A DNA stretch of 64,000 bases. It comes from Asterias rubens (taxonomy: Eukaryota). Each line of letters opens with the position of its first letter. The stretch's first letter is position 1. The notes beneath the pieces were generated by a model, which was given only the letters and a program-made list of their open reading frames with translations, did not search any database and was not told where the DNA came from. Below, in pieces: positions 49,962 to 62,264 of this stretch. The DNA lies in NCBI RefSeq assembly GCF_902459465.1, contig NC_047066.1:7192001-7256000 (forward strand), in the 5' to 3' direction. A program made the position numbers and the translations under genes.

Positions 49962-51080
49962 TTAACATGCGAAATTACACGCGACAGACCAGCCTTACTG
50001 CGGACAAAGGAGACAAGATTCCCAACTAATAAATCCGTGTACTTTGCTCGGAGTAGTGTAACAATTTAATCACAGTTTTTGTGCATTATCTCTTAATTAA
50101 CACTGCGCCGCCAACACCCGTAGCCGTTAACGAGTCAAACACGACCACGGGATTCAAACCTGACAAGTTTAATTTCCTTCTCGGTTTCCTTCGGCGCTCT
50201 ATAGTCAGTCTTTTCGCTGTTTCACTAATTACCCTGTAGCTCTATGCACATCACGATATTACATCTTGTTTTTGTGGTCTATAGAGCGTCTTTTCTATAT
50301 GTGTGGTAAGTTTCTCCCCTTCGCAAATATTAATCAAGACTTAATCACCCCCAGGTCACCCTTGAACACATATTAAGACCCACTAATATATAGAATCCAT
50401 GAAATGTGATACTGTTGAAAATTTCAACCTCGATCTCTCGGAGGCTTCCTTCCTGCTGGTGGTTATATGCCACCAAGGTCCTGTTTTACCTCCACTATAT
50501 ATTATAATACCAACACATCATCCAACATGGCCTCCCCATAGGCGCCGACCGTGCAGTGCCTCACTCTCTCTCTTTGCCAACCTCGCCGGCGCTAAAAAAC
50601 AAATCAAGGATTTTTCTTTATTCATTTAACGGACAAGATATAAAAAATTGTGGCAAGCAACAGTGTAATATTGACAAGAAAAAATTATTTTTAATTGGAA
50701 AAGGGAGCGTTTATTACGAGAACAAGGGACGGCGCCTTGTGCGCTGGTAAGCATGTTAATTGGTGACCCACAAACGGCTCTCTCGCTATTATTAAAGAAA
50801 CCTGGTGGCTAGCTCTGCGCTAACAATTTTAATAATAACATAAATGTTTTACTTTTTTTGTATTTTTGCAGCGCCTTGCCCAGAGAATAGAAATTGTTGT
50901 GCCGTAATTGCTTTCAATGTTGTGTGGATGTTAGCGAATTGCTGATCATGGCTAAATCAGTTTATGTCATTACTGGTTTTTAAGTGGTGACTTTCTTGCA
51001 CTTGAGTACACGAATCAAACCCTTCAATTATGCCAGGTCCGTTATTCAGTCTATACTAAAGGAAATCAGTTTCATGTTAA

Positions 51081-51469
51081 AGGCAGTGGACACTATTGGT
51101 AATTACTCAAAATAATTATTAGCATAAAACCTTTCTTGATAACGAGTAATGGGGAGAGGTTTAGTATAAAACATTGTGAGAAACAGCTCCCTCTGAAGTG
51201 ACGTAGTTTTCGAGAAAGAAGTAATTTTCCACGAATTTGATTTCGAGACCTCAGATTTAGAATTTGAGGTCTCGAAATCAAGCATCTGAAAGCACACAAC
51301 TCCGTGTGACCACTAGTGCGACAAGGGTGTTTTTTCTTTCATTATTATCTCGCAACTTCGACGACCGATTGAGCTCAAATTTTCACAGGTTTGTTATTTT
51401 ATGCATATGTTGAGATACACTATTGTGAGAAGACTGGTCTTTGACAATTATCAACAGTGTGCATTGTCT
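51081..51469 (+). mobile_element. MITE family 1A, full length
   Basis: TTAA|aggcagtggacactattggtaatt ... cagtgtgcattgtct|TTAA. Internal 17-bp inverted repeat at 51237-51281. Confidence 0.9.
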
Positions 51470-51554
51470 TTAATAGATGTTTTGTCTCATTTTGTTTTGC
51501 TGTATGTTTCTTTTAATACACGGTTTTCCTTGAGACTATTAATGAACTTGCTTT

Positions 51555-51835
51555 TGTTGTTGTTGTTGTTGTTGTGGTTATTTTGTTTTACCTTTTTTTT
51601 TAAATTCCTTCCTGTTGTTTGTGTCAGTTGTTGTTTACTGCTGCTGTTGTGACTGTAAGTTGTATTTGTCATTGTTGCAAGTTGTCGTTGTCGTTGTCGT
51701 TGTTGTTTCGTATGTATTGTTGCCGCTGCTGTATATGTTGCTGCTGTTGCTGTTGCTGCTACTGCTGTTGGTGTTGTTGTTTTGTTATAGTCTTAATATT
51801 TCAAGAATTGCTGTTGTTATCACTGCTGCTATGGT
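51555..51835. repeat. Compound imperfect (GTT/GCT/GTC)n microsatellite
   Basis: Trinucleotide runs that produce the poly-L, poly-C and poly-V pseudo-ORFs in the track. Confidence 0.9.
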
Positions 51836-52586
51836 ATAGTGGTCGACGATGCTTTAGTATTTGAATTCACTTGTAGCACACTGAAGTACTGGTCAAAAAC
51901 TAAATCCTTCTATAAAGACGGGTTTTAACACAATACAGATGTTTTTGCTCTCAAGATTTGGCATCCTTTGCCATAAATAAGTGATAATCCGAGAACAAAA
52001 ATAAGTCTTTCTTACAAATCCTCCCCTTGCGACTCAGCGAGTGTAAGACTCTTGGGATGTGCATCTTTGAGGTTGTGAAAGGTCGCACCAAAATTCACGG
52101 CTCTCAGAAATGCTGAGCGAGTTGATTTTGCCTGCCTCCCCTAAGGACCGCCTTCTCACAGAATAAGATGAATAAGGAGGAGGAGAAGAAGGAGACACAC
52201 ACATCGGTCTGAATCACCCAGATTAAATCATAAACACAATCAATCACATACAAAGTACGGGATAAGTGTGTGTCACCATATCAATCAAGGATCCCTATGC
52301 AGAATATTATATGACAAGTTGGGGCACTTAAACACTACATAAATCATACACATTTCCAGAAGATAACGAAGATGTTCAGGGTTAAGAAAGGCTAAAGAAG
52401 GCCAATAAGGGGTTGGGGTTATTCACTCATCACACAAAACAAGAATTGTTGAGTAATTTGATGCATTCTCGGTGCCAGTATATAACTTGGTACGTTGTAC
52501 TAAAGTTCAAATGATTCAAATTTGAGAAAGACAACAAAAATGCAGTTATTTAACACTAATAGCATACTAACAAATAATTTAACAAT

Positions 52587-52929
52587 AAAGACACTGGATA
52601 CTATTGGTGTATCTCAACATACGCATAAAATAACAAACCTTTGAAAATTTAAGCTCAATTTGTCTCGAAGTTGCGAGAAAATAATGGAGAAAAAACTCGT
52701 CACACGAAGTTGTGTGCTTTCAGATGCTTGATTTCGAAACCTTAAAATCAAATTCTGAGGTCTCGAAATCAAATTCGTGGAAAATTAGTTCTTTTTCGAA
52801 AACTATGTTACTTCAGAGGGAGCCGTTTCTCACAATGTTTATACTATCAACAGCTCTCCATTACTCGTTACCAAGTAAGGTTTTATGCTAATAATTGTTT
52901 TGAGTAATTACCAATAGTGTCCACTGCCT
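52587..52929 (-). mobile_element. MITE family 1A, reverse, small deletion near one end
   Basis: agacactggatactattggtgtatctc ... aattaccaatagtgtccactgcct|TTAA. Confidence 0.87.
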
Positions 52930-54089
52930 TTAAAAATGGCCACAAACTTTAAAACTATTTGTGAAATAGGTAGTACAACAAAAGTGAAAAGATTCCTCCG
53001 GAATTTCGGGAAAAACTTCCAGTCTTCTGAAGAAGACCAAAACAAACATTCCACACTCCTAATGACATGTTGAAAATGCAGCAACAAACAAACAAGCGGG
53101 CGATGCATTTTAAAAATATATTCCCACATCCTTTACTCCTTATATTGACAAGCAAGGGTTATCCATGCATTTCTAAAATAGCTAAAGCTATTTCAATATG
53201 TACCAACGTCAGACGGTGCACATCAAAATGAGCATGTTAAAATTATTCATAAGTTGGAACTTAATTGAGGCGATGGCTTATCCATGTACTCCCTTTTTTA
53301 ATAAGCCTAGGGATTAGAGCATTCTAAAGTGTTTGATTTTCGGTCTGTGTCATTTGAAATTTCCATACCATTTTCAAGCCATTCTCGAGGGTAATTCCCA
53401 TTTTTTGTCTACCCTCTTTGGTCTCCCCCATCTTTTATGTCTGTCTTCTTTATGGTCTTAAGAATTTGCGGTCATTAACCTGTGAATAAATCTTAATATG
53501 TCTGGTTGCTCAACTGATGTTCAGAAAAATCACCGAGCGTGTTATTGTACACAAGAGCGAGAGATTACAGCCAATTACACATTTTGTTTTCTTTCGCCTT
53601 GTCCTTTAGTTATTCTCTGATGAAAAATGTTCGATCGAAATGAATAAAAGAAAACGGATAGTTGGGGCGTGTCTCGCAGTGGCGCTGTGTTTATTATCGT
53701 CAAGTACGGTTCTTCCTTTTTACGGATAAAATTATAACAAAACAATTGATTATGTCGTGCGGCACAAAGAGAGTCGACAACGGACGGGCTGGGGGCCTGG
53801 TGTTTTTGTTCCGTTTACTGGTGTCTAGTAAAAGACATGATTGGGCAGTGTGGTGTATTGTGTCATTGTGTTGCAGAGCTGGTGTGAATGGTGGCTCTTT
53901 TGTATTTTATATTTCAGAGAGAGGGAGAGAGTAGAGAAGGAGAAGAACTTCTGGCAATATTGTGATGCCGTGGTGTTGTGAATTGTAGTTGGGGGGTCAC
54001 CTAAGGTGAAGGTCACAGTGCGAGCAAGCTAAACACGACTCACTTCGCTAAATCGTATAGTCAACGGGGCTATTCTTTGTAGTGTTTAA

Positions 54090-54315
54090 AGGAACTGAAC
54101 ACTATTGGTAATTACTCGAAAATACTATATAAGCATAAAAACCTACTTGGTAACGAGCAAAGGAGAGATGTTGATAGTATAAAACAATGTGAGAAACAGC
54201 TCCCTCTAAAAGAAACGTAATTTTTGAGAAAGAGGTAATATCTCACTCAAATATTAAAATATTTCAGGCCTGAAGCCGTTCTATTAGCCATCTGAAAGCA
54301 CACACATTTTACATG
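54090..54315 (+). mobile_element. MITE family 1B, truncated
   Basis: TTAA|aggaactgaacactattggtaattactc ... ctcactcaaatattaaaa ... catctgaaagcacac. Confidence 0.82.
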
Positions 54316-55584
54316 GATCTGTGAGCGTAGACTTTCGTGGTAAGCAGTGCCAACTAGCGCGGCTCCGTCAGTGGTGGGATTCCAACCACGGCCCACAGTG
54401 GGGTGTAAGGCAGGGCAGGATACCACTAATGCCAACCCGAAGATAAAGAAGGAAAAGGGACTGAGTGATTTTCAAAGGTGACAAGGGGGGGGGGGCTAGG
54501 ACGCAGAGCACGTCCCTTTAATAACAGTTGATGATTTAATAAATTCCTACCTTTTCCCCACGCTTTATTAATTATGAATATTATTTGCATGCATTTCTTC
54601 CCAACTGTGTACATTGGATTTGGAAACTCTCATGGACTTTCGGTGCGTAATTGTGTTTTTAAGTCAAACAAAAAGTTGTTGTCATAGCGGCAAAAAAAGA
54701 GAAGAGCCAAAAAGAAAAGAAAAAGTGCACCTCATGTCAATGAAACTATGAGTCCCTATATGATGGGGGGATCTGCTTTTCATTCCAGGAATACGCAAAT
54801 ACAGCGATCGAGAAACACGCAAATACGGACATAAATATTTATGCTATGATCACAAACATGAGGATGGGGGGAACTTGAAAGGGGGAATAAAATGAGCGAC
54901 TATTGCTTTTTCTTCTTCTCTCAGAAATTAGGACGGAGCTCATGCTAATTTTCCCTCCTCTTGACCCGCTAGGGACGTGAAGGGTTTACCGGGACCCGAC
55001 TCGTCCTCAACAGTGCGGAATATAAATTGTGCGTTTATCTTCAGCGGGTAATCCCCCAGGCCGACCGTGCTTCATGGGAGCAGGTACCGGGGGCTCTCGC
55101 GTCGGTTGACCGTTTGCAAACGGGGTGACACTTCCCGTATCCGGTGGGCGGAGGAAAATCACCGACTGATCCAAGCAAAATGGAATTAATTCTTGAATTA
55201 TCTTCTTTTTCCCCCTTTTTTTTGCGGAGTCTGTTTTGATAATTTACAATCAAATTAGACTGTCAGTATCTCTCCTGAGGGCAGGGTATCCATGATTGCT
55301 TACGTTCTTGAATCTTTGTCTCTCATATTTTAATGTTTTATTCTTCGAAATCAGGCTCGAGCCAAAATCCGACCGCAGCTCCTTTCTCAATATGTTTATA
55401 TTCACGTAGCACAGCTTTGTGGCCGTGATCCTTCCATCCGGCGTAAAGACGAAATTAAAAAGAAAAGGAACCACACCATAAGCACCAAACGCGCACAACC
55501 CGCTTTGTATTTGTTCTTCCTATGACGAACATTTGATGATTGAAATAACTGTATGTTATTATTTTATTCATGTCTAATCTTTAA

Positions 55585-55953
55585 AGGCAGTGGACACTAC
55601 TGGTAATTGTCAAAGAATAGCCTTCACAGTTGGTGTATCTCAACATATGCATAAAATAACTAACCTGTGAAAGTTTGAGCTCAATCGGTCATCAAAATTG
55701 CGAGATAATAATGAAAGAAGAAAACACCCTTGCAACACGAAGTTGGTTGATGGTTGATTTCGAGACCTCAAGTTCTAAATCGGAGGTCTCAAAATCAAAT
55801 TCATGGAAAATTACTTCTTTCTCGAAAACTATGGCACTTCAGAGGGAGCCGTTTCTCACAATGTTTTCCAACAACCTTTCCCCATTACTCGTCACCAAGT
55901 AAGGTTTTATGCTAATAATTATTTTGAGTAATTACCAATAGTGTCCAGTGCCT
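55585..55953 (-). mobile_element. MITE family 1A, reverse, full length
   Basis: TTAA|aggcagtggacactactggtaatt ... aattaccaatagtgtccagtgcct|TTAA. Confidence 0.9.
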
Positions 55954-56124
55954 TTAAGCTAAAATACAAACATCAAAGAAAGTTTGGAGAAATGAGGCGG
56001 TATCAAATAAATGCAAAAAGTATAATACAACCTGTGACGTCACATGTTTGCAAAAAGAGCCACAAAGCCTGGACTTCCTGCACTCAGGTACAATTTTGTA
56101 CACACTCAATGGAAGAAAATAACG

Positions 56125-56190
56125 TATGACCGTTAATCCAGAGGTCGTTGGTTCGAGTGCTACTTTAGTAATTGCTGTCTTTGTTCAATC
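56125..56190 (+). mobile_element. tRNA-derived SINE-like fragment
   Basis: ttaatccagaggtcgttGGTTCGAGT resembles the anticodon-to-T-loop/B-box part of a tRNA, but there is no full cloverleaf. Confidence 0.4.
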
Positions 56191-56359
56191 AACAAAATCA
56201 TTTTAATTCAATTATACTACAGAGCAAGCATGCGAAAGAAGATTTCCCCAGTTTCTCACCAAACCATAGGTTGACCATAATAATATAAGCAAACGGATGC
56301 TCATGTGAATATGGAGCTAAAGTGGTATTGAGTAAAGCTCTAATTGGACATTATTTTAA

Positions 56360-56734
56360 GGCACTGGTCACTATTGGTAACTACTGAAACAATTATTAGC
56401 ATAAAACCTCACTTGGTAGCGAGTAATGGGGAGAGGTTGATAGTATAAAACATTGTGAGAAACGGCTCCTTCTGAAGTAACGTAGTTTTCGAGAAAGAAG
56501 TAATTTTCCACGAATTTGATTTCGAGACCTCAGAATTAGATTTTGAGGTCTCGAAATTAAGCATCTGAACACACAACTTCGTGTGACAAGTGTGTTTTTT
56601 TCTTTCATTATTGTCTCGCAACTTCGACGACCAATTGAGCTCAAATTTCCACAGGTTTGTTATTTTATGCATATGTTGAGATACACCAAGTGAGAAGACT
56701 GGTCTTTGACAAATACCAATAATGTCCAGTGTCT
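56360..56734 (+). mobile_element. MITE family 1A, full length
   Basis: TTAA|ggcactggtcactattggtaa ... accaataatgtccagtgtct|TTAA. Confidence 0.88.
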
Positions 56735-57132
56735 TTAAGGTTTTCCTGTCACCACCTGGTCACCAAAACATGGAATGAGAACTAGGGATAAGACAGAAAC
56801 TCAGCTATACAGATGTAGTTGCCTGGTGTTTCCAGCTGATCACACAAATTTAGTGAGGGATAGACATGAATGGGCAAACCTCAACATGATTCCGACCTCG
56901 GTCGACTAGAGAGAGAAAGCGAGAGGTGGTTCCCCTCCCTGAAAACTGCGTCATCACTCATTAAACAGGTATCTTCAGGCATAAAGGTCAAAGTTCTATG
57001 TTTGACCCTTGCATATTTGCAATATCACTTATAGATTCGTTACTAAAAAAGATTACAAGTAAAAACAAAAAAATATTCAAGTCATACATAAGACTTACAT
57101 GTAAGGACTTCATCGATATTACCGGTACTTAA

Positions 57133-57430
57133 AGGCACTGGACACTATTGGCAAATACTAAACATAAATGTTACCTTAAAAACTTAATTGGTAACGAGCA
57201 ATGGAGAGCTGCTGATGGTATAAAACATTGTGAGAAACGGCTCCCTCTCAAGTAACGAAGTATTTGAGACAAAATACTTCAAGTCCGTTTTTTAGGCATC
57301 TGAAAGCACATACATTTGTGCAACAATGGTGGTTTTTTTCTTTCATTATTCTCTTACAACTTCGATGATCAACTGAGTCAAAGTTTTCATTTGTAATTTT
57401 ATGCATATGTTGGGATACACCAAGTGAGAA
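57133..57430 (+). mobile_element. MITE family 1B, right end missing
   Basis: TTAA|aggcactggacactattggc ... ttttaggcatctgaaagcac ... gggatacaccaagtgagaa. Confidence 0.82.
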
Positions 57431-57774
57431 GGTGTTCAGTGGCTTTTACCGGTAGCGTGTGTATGAACTTGTGGACTTCCTGATGATTAGAGCGTGGTCA
57501 TTGATTCTGTTTTTCGATTACCAACACACACAATAAGCAAAACTACAAGTATTTTGTGACACCTCGACCGATGTTTCCAATATCTGTCTAGGAGTTGATG
57601 ATTTCCCGATGGTGTTAAACTGCCTCGCCATATTTCCGGGATGCATATTGAAAATATCCGGAATATTGTTATTTTGTGTGAATGTTAACCAGCTTGGATA
57701 ACACCCAGATCACGGACAATGTGTCGTTGATATAGCAATAGATAACACGTGTAACTCAAAATGAATTGCTTTAA

Positions 57775-57840
57775 AGGCACTGTAATTGTCAAAGACCAGT
57801 ATTCTCACTTGGTGTATCAAAACATAGCGGCATAAACAAA
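57775..57840 (-). mobile_element. MITE family 1 terminal fragment
   Basis: TTAA|aggcactgtaattgtcaaagaccagtattctcacttggtgtatc. Confidence 0.7.
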
Positions 57841-58119
57841 CATCAATGTTGACTCAATTTTGAATCATTGAAGTTATCATAGTGGGGATATGCGTTGAAA
57901 AACAGCACAACTGCAAAACAGAATGACAACAAAACAGTTCAGTTCAATTGCATCAGATGGACGCACATTAGTCAATTAATTGGAAAATTTACAACTAAAG
58001 GTTATTACATTGAACAAGAAGAAAATTTATAAGCATCACAATATTCAAAACCACAGCAGTTAAACAGGGCAATAGTATTTCACAAAAGCGAAAACTATAA
58101 CCAAACATTGTATGCTTAA

Positions 58120-58482
58120 AGGAAGTGTATACTTTTAACAATTGTCAAGGACCAGTATCCTCACATTGTGTGTTTCCCAACATCATGCATAAAGTAACAA
58201 AATAACAAACCTATAACAAATTCTGGCTCAATTGGTCTTTGAAATTGTGAAATAAACAATGAAAGGAAAAAACACCATTGTTACATATAGAATTGTGTGC
58301 TTTAAGATGCCTGGGAAAGGCTTCTTGCCTGAAGCCTTTCTAAGTTTCAATTTTGGGTGGAAAGTTACCCCTTTTTTCTATAAAACTACATTGACTTCAA
58401 AGGTGTCGTTTCTAACATTGTTTTATAATAATCAACAGCTCTCCATAGCGCTTTGCCAACTTACCAAACGTACACCCTTCCT
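58120..58482 (-). mobile_element. Older, diverged MITE family 1 (B-like) with variant TIRs
   Basis: TTAA|aggaagtgtatac ... gtacacccttcct|TTAA. Internal blocks (ttgtcaaggaccagt, aatgaaaggaaaaaacaccattg, tcaacagctctcc) are shared with family 1. Confidence 0.75.
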
Positions 58483-58811
58483 TTAAAAGCAAAGTATACC
58501 TTTAGTTTTACACAATGGGCGTTTATGACAATAAAGTTTCTCAGATTTAAATTTGGGCGGAATAACAACTATTTTTTTTATTTTTTTTTTTCAACAACCA
58601 CATTACTTCAAAGTGAAATAATTCTCAAAATAACTTAATGTAACTTTGGCTGGTAACCTGTTTCTGTTAAGCAATACTTTTCTCGAGGGGTATGTACCAA
58701 CAATGAAAATAGCGGCCACAAATGGCCGAAAGATTTGACCACTCAACCAACAGGTCAGAGTAAAGGTCGTGTCCAGAAATGAATTTTTTAAGTTTGTCCT
58801 AATGTAATTTA

Positions 58812-58946
58812 CAGAAGCGTATTGCCACCACGTGTACACGATACGTGATTATGTACTTACACGATAAGTTGTTACGGTGTACGTTCACGATAAGTTATCA
58901 CGGTGTACATACATGATAAGACAATTCATGTGGCAATACGCTCCAG
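58812..58946. mobile_element. 135-bp Tc1/mariner-like MITE with TA flanks and internal tandem repeats
   Basis: TA|cagaagcgtattgccac ... gtggcaatacgctccag|TA, with internal ~26-bp units acgataagtt..acggtgtac. Confidence 0.6.
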
Positions 58947-60469
58947 TAGTAATGTAGTAGGGTCTATCCAAATTTGTAAAAACAAAACTTTTTTTTTTTT
59001 TGGCAATTGACAGACAACCAGTTCCAGGCAATCTAGAATGTTTACATATTTTTACTGTAAGACATTGTTTGGAAAAATTACTCTAGTGTTTTCAAAGTGT
59101 TCCTGTAGCATGCACTGTAGTTTATTGCCTCCATGTTGCCCTGCAAAAGTTGCCGCGTGTGACATGGCCCTTCACTTGAAGCCGATGACACCATTGCACC
59201 ACAAACACAAAGGAACACAAAATGCAGATTCAATTTGTTATTCAATGATAACTTAACACTGTCTTTACGGAGAACAGAAGATGCTGAAAATAATGGCCTC
59301 ACGGACGCCCGGCCTTGTCCCAAATGTCTCACTCTTTTTTTTCTCTCTCTTTTTTGTTGTTTATTATTTTTTCTTCACGGATATCTGATGAGACCCTACA
59401 CTACGTCTGTGTCCCAATTCAAACACGCCACTAATAAAAAACCAAACCCATTTCGCCGCGCCATTCAATTTGTAACAGTAACTATTAAATACAGAGTTTG
59501 TTGACATAACTGGATAAATTCATTTTGCAATAGTGAACGGTCGACTAATCCGGGGGCATTTTCACGAGACCGCTCATGGGCCCATCACACGAGGGGGGCT
59601 TGGGTGATAGAGACAGGCCGTGACACGGCGGTTTAGTCCCCAGCATCTGTTCAGAAAAGATGGGACAAACAAGAAATAAACGCGATTATCCAGGGTCGTT
59701 CCTCATGACAATATTTTTCCTTTATATCTGCTTTCCTCTCTTCTCTCGCGTCGTCCGCTCTCAACAGACCTCCGATGTGACGAAATTTTAGGCGCTCTCA
59801 CCGGGGGCTACAGCTGCTTGAACCCCGCCACCGGAAATGGCTCGGGCCCGACGATGGCGAAGATGGGGTGAAACTTCAATCCCCATAAGACTATCTTTAT
59901 TGTCTGAGAGATTTCTCTACAGAAGCGCTCAGGCTTTTATTAGTATTTTTTTTTTTGTGTGGATATCATTCTTACCATCCTCCTCCCTGTTTGATTCAAT
60001 TTTTTTTATTTCGTGAACAGATTTTTCCTTTTGAGTTGAGAGATAGAGTGGCATGCTGCTAATCGCATGTTATCAAGTACAGCACGACAAAGGGGGGAAG
60101 TGGGGGAAGGACGGGCGGGGAAGCATTGAGACCGTTGGTCGGCGAGGCGAGATGTCTTACGCCAGACACCATTCCACGTCTCGCTAACTCAGAAGAAGAA
60201 GACAAAATCCCAAATAAATAAATACAATACAAACAAAACATCGATCTAACCGAATTATGAGAACCCTTAACACTACGACTGAAAACAATTCGGTTAAAGA
60301 AGCAAAACTAAGCAGCAGAAGTTATATCTAAGTTTAAAGGAATGAAATGGCCTTAAGACGTTGGATTCTCAGGAAAGAAAAATTTCATGATTGATAGGAT
60401 TTTCATTAATTGTCGATATCAAATTTAAAAATGAATATCTAATAATGTCATAAATGCCTCGATAAGCAG

Positions 60470-60775
60470 AAGCTGTTTAGCAGAAGATTCTGCTTAATAA
60501 TTTCCTTTGCTAAGCACGAAGTGAGTAGGGCAGGTCACAGCAATGGTATATGTATGGCATCTTGGTTGGTAACCTAATTTGCCAAGCAGGAGTTTTCTGT
60601 GCTTAACACGTGTGTGTGCTTACGGGATTTATGAAATGGGGCCCAGTTCATTTGAATAAAATACCATGTCACAGCAATGGAAACTATATGCGTCTTGGCT
60701 AAACCTAACTGGCTACTAAAGAGTTTTCTGTGCTTAGTAAGTTTTGGTGCTTGAAATGGGCCCCAGACGTTGAGG
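60470..60775. repeat. Two tandem diverged ends of a repeat terminating gaaatggg(g/c)ccc; complementary end at 62623-62680
   Basis: gtcacagcaatgg..atat...gagttttctgtgctta...gaaatgggg/ccc occurs twice; gggcccaattttatagagctgct at 62626. Confidence 0.5.
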
Positions 60776-62264
60776 TTTCTGTTAATTGCGAATTTTACAG
60801 TCCATTCGCGAACAGTTTTTACACACTTCGGTAACTCTATATAAAAGAGACACTTGGGTTTTATTTTCGGGGTCTTTTATCTTGAGGCCCTCAGATGGAC
60901 TCTTGTAGAGAGGGTTAGAGCTTCATATTTGTATCGTGTAATGTTCTAAACCTTGAATAAACTGCACCTCACACCGAGTGGTTAATGTCGACCAGTCCCA
61001 GGCTGCCTGCAGTGGAATCAGTACCATGGCCAAGGTCGGGCCGTATACAACAATCAACAGCCACTAAATGGGTCAGGGTCTTTAAGGGGGAAAAAAATAA
61101 TTGTCAGAAAGTTACAAGAGAACTTTGTCTTTGATGATGAATCTTCGTGCACTCATAACAACAGTCTTGCAAGATGTGTTGAGAGCAATGTTGTTATACG
61201 TGGTCCTTTCTCTATGGTTGTCTTAATTGATCATTATTCTCGCTTTTAAAATTTGAACTTTTTATTTGCTTTTATTTAAACAAAAAAATGTCTTAAAAGG
61301 AACAAAAAAATCCTGAACTCGCACGACGATTTTCTTCTCACGTCATAGAGTCCACGACCGCACTATATAAGAATAAATGTGGTGCCGTATGCTGTGGGGC
61401 TCGCTCTATGGGGTTTGCGTGTGTGTCCTAGCAGGTCTCCTCGGCTTTACCCGTACGGCGCGAGAGGCGACCGAGGTAGGGGATCGACCCGCCGGCGCCT
61501 GCCTAGCTCTAGAGAGTCCCGGCCCGCCACCAAATACAACGACAGACCCCTAAAAACAATTACGCCATTCAGGAGGTTTTCAGATGTACACCACGGATGT
61601 GATTTGTAATTTCTACGTCTGCCGTGAGAGCATGGCAAGGCACTGGTTAACCAAATTGAATTGTTGATATTCTTATCATTACATGTGACACTTGAAGTTC
61701 ATTGCTTGCTGGGTGCATCAAGGTTATGAAAACTGAAGCTGTTGGACGCATAAAGACGTCCACCAAATGATCTTTGCAACCGCTGTGCAAATCAACTGAT
61801 AACTCCCGGTTCACTGGAAGCTGTTTTTTTTGTTGCCGTGATTGGCAAAGATGAATATAGGGTGTATACATAAAAATAATACCCAGTGTGCAATTATGAC
61901 TATTTACTGCATAGCCAGACAATTAAGTTAGTGGACTTGACGGCTGGGTGGCTTTTATTATTTTAGTTTCATCGGCAGAGAAAATCTTAATTAGGTTTCT
62001 TTGACGGTCTTTGTTCTGAATAAAAAAGTTTGAGTTTAAGTAAAGGAGTTTTCGTGTTTTATTTTTTCACTTGAACATCGAAACGGAGTGTCTTTCGTTG
62101 AGGTACAGACACACAGATAGAAATGCAAAATGGGAGTTTTGTTTTTAGTTAGGAAAAGGAACAAATAGTTATTTTTCCACAGACATTTCACACACGAGGT
62201 GCTCTGCATCTCCTTCAAAATAAAATGAGTTCAACAGCAACAACATCGTCAACAAAGAGTAACT

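Noticed and set aside
56125-56190. tRNA gene
   Set aside because: Only a B-box/T-loop-like fragment is present, with no acceptor stem or D-arm. Treated as a SINE relic.
36226-56672. Recurring similar short ORFs such as MCAFRCLISRPQILNL... and MSSIGRRNCEIIMKE...
   Set aside because: They are incidental translations of MITE copies, with stops and frameshifts that vary between copies. No transposase motifs.
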